Both the position numbers and the translations under genes were made by a program. From Octopus sinensis (Eukaryota), in contig NC_043008.1 in the NCBI RefSeq assembly GCF_006345805.1, forward strand, positions 41,788,001-41,852,000: a DNA stretch of 64,000 nucleotides, in the 5' to 3' direction. Positions 36,655-49,784 of the stretch are shown here, in pieces. The notes under the pieces were generated by a model. That model was not told the origin of the DNA and searched no databases. It saw nothing but the letters and a program-made list of their open reading frames with translations. How positions within the stretch are numbered: position 1 is the first letter of the stretch; each line of letters starts with the position of its first letter.

Positions 36655-36951
36655 ACATACATACATAATAAATACATACAAACGCACATGCATACATACA
36701 TACACACACACTTACACACACATATATACATACATTCATACCTACATACATACATTCATACATACATATACATACATACACACACTTACACACACATATA
36801 TGCATACGTACATAAATTCATAACTACATACATACATACATTCATTCATTCATACATACATACATACATACATACATACATACATTAATACATACATACA
36901 TACATACATACATGCATACTTACATACATACATACTTACATACATGCATAC

Positions 36952-36982
<31 letters not shown>

Positions 36983-37105
36983 CATACATACATACATACA
37001 TACTTCCATACATGCATACTTACATACATACTTACATACATGCATACTTACATACATACATACTTACATACATTCATACTTACATACATACATACATGCA
37101 TGCGT
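36655..37105. repeat. (TACA)n tetranucleotide array
   Basis: Directly visible. Confidence 0.95.
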
Positions 37106-37779
37106 ACATCAGTGTTAGTGAATATGGGTGGCTGTTTTTGTTTGTGTATGGGTGATTGTATGAATGTATGAAAGTATGTCTGTATGAATGTATGAAAGTA
37201 TGTCTGCATGTACGTGTCTGTATATGCATACATGGTGGATAGAAGCTCTATAGATAGGAAGCAGCGTGTCTCAGAAAATGATTTGAAGAGAACTATCTTA
37301 ATCAGACAAAATCATAGAAAATCAGGGAAAATCGGTCAAATCAGATGAAACCATTATTCTTGCTGGCACCAGTCAAACGATACGTCAACAACTACAATCG
37401 CAAAGATAGGCAAGAGAAAAATTTCAACACGGACACTTTGGAATGCAACGCATCTATCAATACAGGCTAATAATACTACAGAAGGAAAAACAGTAAAAAT
37501 AGATTTAAACAACACACGTATTTATTGCTTAGCAACTGTTTTCTCCCGAGCTCTGGATATTGGCATGTTTTGTTTTGTTATTGTGTTGTTTTGTGTTTTG
37601 ATATTTTTATTGCTTTTTTTGTTTTACTTTTTTCTGTTATTTTTTTTCTTTTTAAGGAGGAGGAAAGGGTCATATGGTCAAGTATTTATATATATATTCG
37701 TGTTTGTTCTTTACATTTCTTATCGTTTTTATTTATCGTTAGCGACAGACAGTCAGATAGAGAGACAGACAGATAAATA

Positions 37780-38075
<296 letters not shown>

Positions 38076-38424
38076 GAGTCATGGCTACCGAATGAATCAC
38101 ACGATACGACAGTTCTGGATCGCAAATCTAACTAATCGAAGATCTGTGTTTTATCATGTCACTGTGCTGTTTTGTAAAACTTGATATCTTTTAAATACGC
38201 AAATTAAATCGTTGCATTTAACCATATAATAAAATAATTAAAAAAAAAAACAGAGATAAATTATCGTTAATGACATGTCTTCCAACAATATATGATACAG
38301 CTTAATTAGTGTTTGAGAGGCATGTTTCGCTAATAATGCGCAACACCTATATAAAATGTAACTTATAAAGTATTTCAGACTTTCTATAAGTCTATCGAGT
38401 GAATGTGCAAGAAGAGTAAACTTA

Positions 38425-38643
38425 GACGTAGGAGTGGTTGTGTGATAAGTAGCTTGCTTACGAACCACATGGTTCTGGGTTCAATCCTACTGCGTGGCAC
38501 CTTGGGCAAGTGTCTTCTACTATAGCCTCGGGCCGACCAAAGCCTTGTGAGTAGATTTGGTAGACGGAAACTGAAAGAAGCCCGTCGTATATTTATATAT
38601 ATATGTGTGTGTGTGTGTGTTTGTGTGTGTGTGCGTGTGTGTG

Positions 38644-38676
<33 letters not shown>

Positions 38677-38896
38677 ATGTTTGTGTGTTTGTGTTTGTCC
38701 CCCCAACATCGCTTTACAACCGATGCTGGTGTGTTTACGTCCCCGTAACCTAGCGGTTCGGCAAAAGCGACCGATAGAATAAGTACTAGGCTTCCAAAGA
38801 TTAAGTCCTGGGGTTGATTTGCTCGACTAAAGGCGGTGCTCCAGCATGGCCACAGTCAAATGACTGAAACAAGTAAAAGAGTAAAGAGTAAAGAGT
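38425..38896 (+). mobile_element. SINE family A
   Basis: Full head and tail. Confidence 0.9.
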
Positions 38897-39215
38897 TAAG
38901 ATATACGGTGAAAATGGGAAAGAAATGGTGTTTTTTTTACTGCATAGCAAGAGCTTCTTCCGCTACTATGCTGAATTATATAGTTTTATATAAGATCTAG
39001 ATGATCCGCTTATAGATACTGCAGTGCTTTTGCGGCTAGTGGGTGTGCTAAAATAATACTCTGTGTAATTGAAGTTTAGTCAGCCGTAAGAACAATGTTT
39101 CTCATTCACCTTGTTTGGCTGATACATAGACGACACGTAAAGAAAATGTTCTTAAACTGTGCCTGTGATCCAACGCAAGCAATGACACATTCGGCTTAGT
39201 AATATATTTTATGTA

Positions 39216-39598
39216 GTGGAGGCGCAATGGTCCAGTGGTTAGGGCAGCGGACTCGCGGTCGTAGGATCGCGGTTTCGACTCCCACACCGGGCGTTGTGAG
39301 TGTTTATTGAGCGAAAACACCTAAAAGCTCCACGAGGCTCCGGCAGAGATGGTGGTGATCCCTGCTGTACTCTTTCACCACAACTTTCTCTCACTCTTAC
39401 TTCCTGTTTCTGTTGTACCTGTATTTCAAAGGGCCGGCCTTGTCACTCTCTGTGTCACGCTGAATATCCCCGAGAACTACGTCAAGGGTGCACGTGTCTG
39501 TGGAGTGCTCAGCCACTTACACGTTAATTTCACGAGCAGGCTGTTCCGTTGGTCGGATCAACCGGAACCCTCATCGTCGTAACCGACGGAGTGCTTCC
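39216..39598 (+). mobile_element. SINE family D with 11-bp TSD
   Basis: A box tggtccagtggt, B box ggtttcgactcc; TSD atattttatgt at 39204-39214 and 39599-39609. Confidence 0.9.
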
Positions 39599-39607
39599 AT
39601 ATTTTAT

Positions 39608-39855
39608 GTGGAGGCGCGTGGCTTAGTAGTTAGGGTGTGATCGCGAGATTGTGGTTTCGATTACTGGACCAAGCAACGCGCTGTGTTCTTGAGCAAAACA
39701 CTTCATTTCACGTTCCTCCAGTCCTTTCAGCTGGCGAAAATGAGTAACGCTGTGATGGACTGGCGTCCCGTCCAGCTGGGGAACACATACGCCATAGAAA
39801 CCAGGAAACCGGGCCGATGATCCTGGCTAGACTTTAAAAGGGCGTATTTATTTTA
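39608..39855 (+). mobile_element. SINE family C
   Basis: tggcttagtagtt/ggtttcgatt head, ttgtgttcttgagcaaaacact-type core, gatggactggcgtcccgtccag domain, tttattt tail. Confidence 0.9.
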
Positions 39856-39899
39856 ATATATTTTATATCTTACGTCATGATTTTTTTTCTTTTATCTTT

Positions 39900-40280
39900 T
39901 AATTGTTTCAGTCACTAAACTGCGGTCATGCTGGGGCACCGCCTTGAGGAATTGTAGTCAAACGAATCGACTCCAGTACTCGTTTTTTTTTTAATCTGGA
40001 ACTTATTCTACCAGTCTTTTTTGCCGACCGGGACATAAACACAAAAACACCGGTTGTCAAGTGATGTTCAGGGGCAAAGACACACACACATATATGCACA
40101 AATATATGTATGTATACAATGGGCTTCTTTCGGTTTCCGTTTGCCAAATCCACTCACAAGGCTTTGGTCGTCCCGAAGCTTTAGTAGAAGAAACTTGCCC
40201 AAAGTACCACGCAGTGGGACTGAACCCGGAACCATATCGTTGGGAAGCAAACTTCTAACAACATAGCTACGCTTGAGCCT
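39900..40280 (-). mobile_element. SINE family A variant
   Basis: Collinear with 4320-4719 but diverged in the 3' half. Confidence 0.8.
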
Positions 40281-40654
40281 GAAGCATAGAATACCGCATA
40301 GTTTATTTAAATCTTATTTTGTCATTACTGTTGTTTCTATCAATATTGCTATTGTAATTGTAACTGTTGCGGTTGGGATATCTATTATGCATTTATACGC
40401 TTCAGGATATGCTTCAAATTAATTATGCAACCATAATATGAATGAGTGCTCCACAGTTATTTGCAGCTTAATTGGATTAAATACAGCAAAGCCTGATAGA
40501 CTTTTCCATCACCACTTCACTTTTTCCTAGATTCAAGGTACTCCTATTCGGCACTGTTTTGCAGAACATCCACTACTTTGTGTGAGATCTATACAGTAAA
40601 AAAAAGGAAGTTATGTCCTGAACACAAGTTAATTACTCATCAGTTAGAGAGAGG

Positions 40655-40870
40655 CAGTTAGGAAAGATGGCAGAATCGTTAACACGCCAGGCAAAATACT
40701 TAGCGACATTTCGTCTTTTTACATTCTGAGTTCTAATTCCGCCAAAGTCAACTTTGCCTTTCCTCCTTTTGGGATCGATAAAATAAGTACCAGACATATA
40801 CGATATACCAGACATAATCGATATAATCGACTTACACCCACCCCTGAAATTTCAGCCCTTTTGCCAAGAT
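40655..40870 (+). mobile_element. SINE family B monomer, diverged
   Basis: tggcagaatcgtt...gagttctaattccgcc...tttgcctttc. Confidence 0.75.
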
Positions 40871-41199
40871 TTCAAACGAATTATATAGAGATACTAGTAT
40901 TTACAACGATGAACTTCACCTCTGAGCTACTAAAATTAACAGCTTAATATTTCTCAAAATTCGGATTGCTGTCTTAATAATTGAATGAGGTAATTTACAT
41001 TAAATACACACATTAAACAGCTTCTTTGCGATGAATGCTGTGGTTGATGCGCTCAGCAATTAAGTATAAGGAAGTTCCAAGCAAACAGTTTTTACTTTAC
41101 TTGGTAAAAATGTTATCGCCTCAGATCTGGAAAAGTTGGAATAATTCGATTTGTTTTAGATAATTTTAACTGAAACATTATTAAATATTAATTGGCATT

Positions 41200-41477
41200 C
41201 CACCGGCCAAAGATGAGGGTTTCAGTTGATCCGATCAAGGGAAGAGCTTATAAATGGAATTAAGGTGGAAGTCGCTGACCACTGCATAGACAAGCTTACA
41301 CTTTAAGTAGTTCTTAAGGGGGGAGATTCAGCTTGACTCAGAATGTGACAAGTTGGACCCTTTGAAATACAGGTACTGCTCATTTTTGCCAGCCGCGTGG
41401 AGTAAAACAACGTGCAATAAAATTTCTTGCTCAAGGATAGAACGACTACCCTAACCACTAAGCCACGCACCTCCACT
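41200..41477 (-). mobile_element. Diverged SINE: C-type head with D-type tail
   Basis: ctaaccactaagccacgcacctccac head; ccctttgaaatacaggta and gttgatccgatcaa tail motifs shared with D. Confidence 0.7.
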
Positions 41478-41844
41478 TAAACATTAAATGGTATGTATAT
41501 AACTAAGGGTTTTTATGAAAGAGGGTAGAAGGGATAGGACAGAGACGGAGAGAAAGAGATGAAAACTAGCGGAAGAGGGAGAGAGTGAGAGGAAGAAATG
41601 AAAGTAGTGAAATCAAAATGAGATAATTACATCGCCGGTGATTTCATCGTACTGTAATTGCATATGGAATCAATTAATTAATATGATAAATAAATCTTCG
41701 ACAGTTTCAGCGACGTACTTTTTATTCGCAGAGTACATATATCACTAAATAAATGAAGTTGATTTTGCGGGGAAATTACGTGGCATTTTATTAACAATTC
41801 AAAGGAGAAGATTCAGAGACAAAACGTTATTAATATCAAATTTG

Positions 41845-41876
<32 letters not shown>

Positions 41877-44464
41877 TGTATGTGAAAAAGAAGAAAAACA
41901 AGGAAATGTTGATTTTGATTTTGAAAATAGAATCACAAAAATGCAGTGAAGAGCTAACATTATTTCAAATTGAGGAAAGAAAAAAAAACATTCTAGAAAT
42001 TATGAGAAGCGCCTCTTAAATTATCTAGTTCCCACAATTTTTATATCCATTGTCAATGCGTTGAATTCTAGGTGCACTGACTTTGTGCATCTCTTTTACA
42101 ATGTGGAATTTCTGCACCAGCCTTATATATATATATTTTTTTTATTTTAACTTTGTTTCCTTCCTTCTGATTATAACTTTCATTGTTCCCATTTTCGAGA
42201 TTTCTAAGGCTTTACAAATGATAAAATGTACGTTTTCGTCTTTAAATAATGCTATACTTACTTTGTGGACCAAAAACAGGACGATGATTTTGCCAATCAA
42301 ATATTTGACATCATGCTCAATTTATCGTCCAGGTACTGCCTCGTCTTGTATTTACCTTGAAATCAGATAACCAAGCGATAAAATTGCCACCGATGTATTT
42401 GCGGAAAATTAATGCAGGTTAAATTTTTGCAGGTCAAGTGATAATATATTGTACTGTCTTTCTATTCCGCACCATCTCCGAATTTAGACACGATGCACTG
42501 AGCTATATAAAGCCTCACAGTTCCGTATAAATTTCTTTTTCACCGAGGCTCTCTTAAGAATTTGAAATAGATATGATTTTGAATTGTTCCACGATGCTTG
42601 GGATTTGTGAGGCCTTAGGTTGTGGCTTCTTCTTAAACTTATACCTTCATACGAAACTGCCTCTCACAACCACTTTTTTTTCAGTTTCTTTGTTTTTCTA
42701 TCGCTTTTTATTCATACACTAACTCTTCTGTCTTTCTAGCTTCATGATACATAACCGAAATGCAAAATCACGATCTTCAAGGCTCAGGCCTCCTCTACGA
42801 AATCATTTCAACCATTTTCGTGCTGACCACTCACTGGTCATTTCCTCACCAAACGTTTCGTTGATATCGCGGGCAGTTTCAGACCGCCAATTGTAAAACT
42901 CTGAGTGGTCTATCAACTTTTTATATAATAAACAAATCTATACGCTCAACCGAACGTCTTCACTTCTATACGAGATAACGTTCAGTCGGTTTGAAATATA
43001 TTTTTAAGTCACTTTACAACACCTACCTTACGACATACACATACACACACATATACACACATACACGCACACATGTATGTATTTATGTATATATGTCATT
43101 TTTCAGTTTTATTTCAAGATTTCTTGCCAATAAACCTAAATCGAAGGCTCTTTCATTAGAATTTCAACATCAACAGGGTATTTTCGTATGTATGTATGTA
43201 TTATGTATGTATGTATGTATGTATGTATGTATGTACGTATGTATACGTGCAGAGTTGTACGTTTTGTTTTATGTATGTCTTCTCATACATACACTTGCAT
43301 ATCTAGACATGCTCATATATACTTAAACGATAAACTTCATGTATGTGTGTGCATGTATGTAAGTATGTATGTATGTATGTATATGTATGTATGTATGTAT
43401 GTATGTATTATGTATGTATGTATGTATGTATGTATGTGCGTACGTATTTATATATATCGTTATGATTTACCATGAAATTCCTCGTGAACTGAAATCCAAC
43501 ATACAACACTAGATAGTCGTATGTTAAGTAACATTAGTAAGAAATTAAAATGACAAAATGGCTTCAAAATTAAGCAAATTTTCAACAATAAATACAAATC
43601 AGCGTTAGGCTACAACACGTGAACAATCAACAGATAATTAATATAATATACAAATTTCGTTTCAAAAACGTACGTTGTCAACTTAATATGATTACACACC
43701 AAATTGTACAGAAAATAATTCCCCGCCTTATTGGATGATCATACGACGACAGTAATAGCAAGCTATTAATGTGTGTAACACCAGGCATTATTACAACTAA
43801 ATCTGTCCAGAAAACGCCTACAGAGCAGTGCAATTAGCGTCTATAGAATACCCCCAATAAAGAATATAACAATCCTGAAAATCTCACTCCGAAACGCCAG
43901 CTTTAATTCGAAATGTAACTAACCCATCATTTGAAAGAACGCCAACGTTCAGAAAATAGTACCAGATGTAATCAGCCATTGAGAAACGAAAACCGCAAAA
44001 TAGCACAACAAACCTATACTTCTTTACAGTTCAAGGATTTCGGTGCGGACGTTGTAATCGATTAAATCAAGTCTGTGACATAACTGGTTACTTATTTTAT
44101 TGACAGCAGAATGATGAAAGGCAAAAATCGATCTCAATTATTGTATTTGAGCTCAGACCTTAAGGAGACGTAACTAAATACCACAATATATTTTGATCGA
44201 CGCTCTAACGACTCTAACACTAACTCTCTTCAAATCACGCCCTGGTCGATATTTCTTTTTTCCTTTTCTCCTCTTTCAATCAATAAAGTAAATACTGGTC
44301 AAATGGTGCGGTCGATTTGATCAACTGGTCTCGTTTTGTCAAATGTGTAATCGTGTCTAGATGTTGGAAATGAAAAAAATCAAAAACAAAATCGAGAAAA
44401 TTGGCTGTTTTGGAGAACAGTAGTCGTAGAGACATAAAAAGATTCCATAACAGATTAATAAAAT

Positions 44465-44511
<47 letters not shown>

Positions 44512-44623
44512 ATATATATATATATATATTATGTGTGTATATGTATATATATATATAAATATATATACATTGTGTGTGTATATATATATGTGTATGTATA
44601 TATATATATATGTATATGTGCAT

Positions 44624-44678
<55 letters not shown>

Positions 44679-44750
44679 CATATATATATACATATATATA
44701 TAGGCACACGGATATATTCTATATATATATGTATATATATATATAATATA
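44465..44750. repeat. (TA)n/(TG)n array
   Basis: Directly visible. Confidence 0.95.
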
Positions 44751-44751
44751 C

Positions 44752-44945
44752 ATTCTTTTCTGCACTAGGTACAAGGCCCGAAACATTTTGGAGAGGGAAC
44801 CAGTCGATTAGATCGACCCCAGTACGCAACTGGTACTTAATTTTAGCGACCTCGAAAAGGTAAAAGGCAAAGTCGACCTCGGCGGAATTTGAACACAGAA
44901 GGTAAGGACAGACGAAATACCGCTAAACATTTCGTCCCAGCGTGC
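44752..44945 (-). mobile_element. SINE family B monomer
   Basis: ttcttttctgcactagg...gtcgacctcggcggaatttgaac. Confidence 0.85.
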
Positions 44946-45090
44946 CACATTAAATTATTTGTTCCTTTCTTATGAGCAGAATCGTTACAAACTCCCAATG
45001 TTTCGCTGTCGTCTGATATTTTACGCATGCGTAGAATTGTACTGAAATAGCAGACGTAAAAAATATCACCGCACCACCAGAAAACCCGAC

Positions 45091-46181
45091 ATGCTAGCAA
45101 CAACAGGTAAACAACATTACTTCTGAAGAATCTTCGCTTTCCAAAAAAGCTAAAAGTGAAACATTGAGGTTTTGTAGCTTTTTGAAAGTGGTGAGATGAT
45201 TGGTGGATGGAGATTGCGGAAGGAGATTTTAGTGTTTCTTTGAGAAAAAAGAAAATTCTTAAAGATTCGTGTCTTCTGCGCTGATTACCTAGAAAAAGAA
45301 ATTTCAGCCTTGATTATGAAGCCGTGAAGAAACCGTGTGCGCATATTTGTAGGGTTGATGCGCTGGAGAAACATGTATAAAAATGTACACATACATATTG
45401 TATTAAAATAAGTTATCTTTACAGACCATGGTTGTAATTATTTACATAACTGATAGAAGGTGTGTAAAAAATGAAATGAAATCCAGATTTAGTAATATGT
45501 TGATGAAGTTAGTGAAGTTATAACATGTTGTTGACAACATAGTGTCTCCATATATTATAATGAGAAATTGAAAGAGAGAGATAATGCCACTCTGTCAGCA
45601 GAAGCAGTGAAGTAGTGTGTGAGACGTAGCCTGCCAAATTAAGGAAACAAACTTATTTAGACTTATTTTCCATCCAAAGGTGTGGAGACATATGGCCTAG
45701 TGGTTAGAGCAGCGGACTCACGGGCGATGTGTGTATTTATGAGCGAAACACCTAAGCTCCACGCGGCTCCGGTATAAAGTAATGACGAACTTCTGCTGAC
45801 TCTTTCGCGACAACTTTATCTCACTCCTTCCTTCTCCATCTTGCAGCTCACCTGCGACGGACCGGCGTCCCGTCCAGGCGGGGAACCTATACACCAAGGA
45901 AACCGGCCCTAATGAGCCAGGAGAAGGAACGAACCATCCAAAAGTGACATACCTTCAGAAGTAACCCCTAGCTGTTTCCTCATAACTTATAGAGAAACGG
46001 ATGTCTTAAAATGAAATTTTTTTGATTGTGGCTTATTTTAATACAATATTTATGTGTACATTTTTATAACTGTTTGTCCGGCTCGATCACCCCTACATAG
46101 CTGTTGGTGGCTTAACAATCATGGGTGAAGTCCAAATTTGGAAGTATTGTTCAAGATTGTCTTCGTTTGGAATGAAGAAAG
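45091..46181 (+). CDS. Speculative first two coding exons of an unidentified gene (45091-45106 and 46101-46181)
   Basis: ATGCTAGCAACAACAG|gtaaac and catag|CTGTTGG...GAAGAAAG|gtatgt join in frame: MLATTAVGGLTIMGEVQIWKYCSRLSSFGMKK. No homology recognised. Confidence 0.25.
45683..45933 (+). mobile_element. SINE: D-type head with C-type tail, 13-bp imperfect TSD
   Basis: TSD ccatccaaa(g/a)gtg at 45670-45682 and 45934-45946. Confidence 0.8.
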
Positions 46182-46794
46182 GTATGTAAATATAACTTCT
46201 TTTGCACTCGAAGACGCACGCATGCACACACAGAGACTGTAGGTGAAACTCCAGTACGAATTATGTTATTTGTTGCTGTGTGCACGAGCAAAGTTACAGC
46301 TCAGCTCCAATGGAAATGACCTATTTTTATTTCATAATTCGTATTTTTGATGAGCGTACTGTGAAACCTGATTTTCGATACTAACTTAAAAAGAATTTTG
46401 TTTCCGAAATCGTGTCGAGTACATGTTGTTTCTAGCATGTCGGAAGTAATTTCTAACCACCGCCTTTTTTTTTCAAACATTTGTTGGGATTCCTGTGTTT
46501 TCTATATAGGAGATTAAAATTTAGTCGAAAAATCACGTTTTCAAAATTGTAAATTTCCCCCTCCGCACTCCAATTGTTTAATTTTAAGCTGTTTACATAT
46601 CTTTTTTTAATCCACGTAAACAAATAAAAATTAAGAATCTTTAAGAAAATTTTAATTAAAAATTTTTTCCTGAAATATACACTCAATTATCCTTGTATGT
46701 GTATGTGTGTGTGAGTGTATGTGTGTTTGTGTGTGTGTGTGTGTACGAGTGTTTGAGTGTGTGTGAGTGAGAGAGTTGTGTATGGGAGTGTGTG

Positions 46795-47060
46795 TTTGAA
46801 AGCACATGGTTGAAAAATTCGGTTCCTAGCAGGGTGTTCTGTCTTCGAGCAAGATTCTTTATTTCAGGTTACTCCAATTCACTTGGCTGGCAAAATTGAG
46901 TTGCACCCGTTATTGAAGAGAGTCGCACTGACTCTCTCTGAGAACTACGCTAAGGGTGTGCTTGTCTATGGAGTACTCAGCTACCTGTACGTTAACTTCA
47001 CGAAAAGGCTGTTCAGTTGCTCGGATCAACTGGAACAATCGTCGTCATGACCGAGAGCTA
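46795..47060 (+). mobile_element. Diverged SINE: C-type core with D-type tail
   Basis: tcttcgagcaagattctttatttcagg core; gagaactacgctaaggg...ggatcaactggaac tail. Confidence 0.65.
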
Positions 47061-47094
47061 TGTAGCTACACACGTGCTGCTGGTGATATTCTTC

Positions 47095-47240
47095 CTTCTC
47101 TAAACTTTTCCGTTTTCCTTCCTGACTAAGAGCTTTGCTCGAAATGTCAAACCCCCCTTTTTTTGTCGAGCGTGAAACTAATACATTCCATGTACAGGTC
47201 CTCTTGTTATTGTGATTAATGTTCGATTATTCTATATATA
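47095..47240 (+). mobile_element. Penelope-like pseudo-LTR fragment with degenerate hammerhead (47118-47152)
   Basis: CTGACtA a gagc-ttt-gctc GAAA t GTC aaac; related to 16850-17035. Confidence 0.55.
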
Positions 47241-47411
47241 GGCGCAGAAGTGGCTGTATGGTAAGAAGCTTGCTTACCAACTATATGGTTCCGGGTTAAG
47301 TCCCACTGCGTGGCACCTTGGGCAAGTGTCTTCTACTATAGCCTCGGGCCGACCAAAGCCTTGGGAGTGGATTTGGTAGGCGGAAACTGAAAGAATCCCG
47401 TCGTATATATG

Positions 47412-47471
<60 letters not shown>

Positions 47472-47670
47472 TGTGTTTGTCCCCCCCCCCAACATCGCTT
47501 GACAACCAATGCTGATGTGTTTACGTCCCCGTAACTTAGCGGTTCGGCAAAAGAGACCGATAGAATAAGGACTAGGGTTACAAAGAATAAGTCCCGGGGA
47601 TCGATTTGCTCGACCGAAAGGCGGTGCTCCAGCATGGCCGCAGTAAAATGATGAAACAATAAAAGACTAA
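47241..47670 (+). mobile_element. SINE family A
   Basis: Full head and tail. Confidence 0.9.
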
Positions 47671-47674
47671 AATA

Positions 47675-47705
<31 letters not shown>

Positions 47706-48261
47706 GGGGTAGGGGGGACAGACACACAGACAATCTACATCTCAATGGGTGGCTGTTGCACTTCTGTCACTCAGATTGTGAATTCTATTCTCAGCCTAGC
47801 CAAACCGACTTCACATTTCATCCTTCAGTCCTCAAGAAATTATCACCAGTCATACGCTGGGGGGGGGGTCGATCATACATATTAATATACTGCGTCACCA
47901 CAATGTTGCGACCTTATGGCATTTTGAGAAAACAGTACCGCTTAAAACAGACTATAGGTAATTGCCTGTCTAGTAAATATCATTCATATAATAAGGTAGT
48001 GGACGACCAATTTATCGAAGCTAAAATAGACATTAAACTATTCATTATACTAAACAAAGGAACAAACATACATTATTAAAACATACAAATGATAACAATA
48101 CTAAATGAATTTATTAGCTGATGGAGATAATTGACACCAATCACTTGTAGTAACTTCTTCGTATTTTGGCGTCATCACTAAGAAGAACCAAATTAGTAAG
48201 TCACGTGACACTTGAACCGGTGTCATCTATGGATTCTAATTCTACCTTGATAGCGCTTTCT

Positions 48262-48500
48262 TTTCTTTTATTTGTTTCAGTAATTTGACTGCGGCCATGC
48301 TGGAGCATCGCCTTTCGGTCGAGCAAATCGACTCCCAGGATTTAATCTTTGTAAGCCTAGTATTTATTCTATCATTTCTCTTGCCGAACCGCTAAATAAC
48401 GGGGACGTAAACAAACCAGCATCGGTTGCCAAGCAATGTTGGGGGAACAAACACAGGCACACAAACATATACATACATACATACGTACATATATATATAT
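48262..48500 (-). mobile_element. 3' half of SINE family A
   Basis: gactgcggccatgctggagca...ggggaacaaacacag. Confidence 0.85.
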
Positions 48501-48502
48501 AA

Positions 48503-48821
48503 ACGGTGGCTTTTAACGGATGGAGAGCTGAACCATCCTGGGGAATAGAGGATTCGCGATCTAGACTAGGGTCTGAAAGTCTACCACACCATAGTGGGTT
48601 ACACCATGGTTCCTCTGCTTTGTTGTAGAAGTAGGAAGAAAGAGTGAGAGAAAGTTGTGGTGAAAGAGGACAGCGGGGTTCACCACCACCCCACGCTGGA
48701 GCTTCGTGGAGCTTAGGTATTTTTGCTCAATAATCACTTACAATGCCCGATCTGGGAATCGAAACCGCGTTCTTACAACCGCGAATCCGCTGCCTTAACC
48801 ACTGGGCCATTGCGCCTCCAC
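48503..48821 (-). mobile_element. SINE: D-type head with a different tail
   Basis: 48640-48821 matches the D head; 48503-48640 does not match the D tail. Confidence 0.8.
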
Positions 48822-49239
48822 TGGGGCTGTTGTCAACGTTATCTCAAACTGACATACAGGAAATTCATGGATGTTGCCACTGTCACAATATTCGGCATCA
48901 TGGAAATCAAACAATCGGCAACGGTCTGAATGATTACGTGGTATTAACACGAACATGCATTAATATGGAAAGGTCGATTGCTTTGCAGCGCCACATTAGC
49001 GAAATTGATTATTCAACGTACGTTTTTTTTCTCGGACAGCAGGACGTGACTTGAACAGGATATGGATATTTTACAACAGATCGAGTGACCATGTTGGATC
49101 GGTAGTTAGTATTATTATTGCTGTTATTGTTGTAGTTGCTGTTGCAGCTATCATCGTTGTCAATGTCGCTATATTTCTTGCTATGCATACATCGTCGTAT
49201 TTGAAGGCCGTGGTTGGAGTACCACCACCACTACCATTG

Positions 49240-49300
49240 TTATTATTATTATTATTATTATTATATTATTATTATTATTATTATTATTATTATCATTATT

Positions 49301-49338
<38 letters not shown>

Positions 49339-49520
49339 TATTATTATTATTATTATTATTATTAATACGATTACTAGTATTACCATTAATATTTTTATTA
49401 CTACTACTACAACTAATACTAATAATATTATCATTATTAATATTATTAATATTACTATTATTATTATCAATATTATTATTATTATCATTAATATTATTAT
49501 TAATAATATTATTATTATTT
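49240..49520. repeat. (ATT)n/(ATC)n microsatellite
   Basis: Directly visible. Confidence 0.95.
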
Positions 49521-49727
49521 TATGTTTGACTTTTGCTTTGCATTTGTACAAGTTGGCTCCAAGTCTCATCCAGAGACCACAAGAAACAACTGGTTGGAAG
49601 TTCGTGTTGGTGTTATGCCTAGGCTGCCATATATTTAGCTTTGTACATAGTGTGGTTTTGAGAATGTTTAACAAACCATAAGAAAATTTTGTGTTTGTTT
49701 TAAAATTTGAGATTACATCATCATCAT

Positions 49728-49759
<32 letters not shown>

Positions 49760-49784
49760 TATTATTATTATTATCATTATTATT

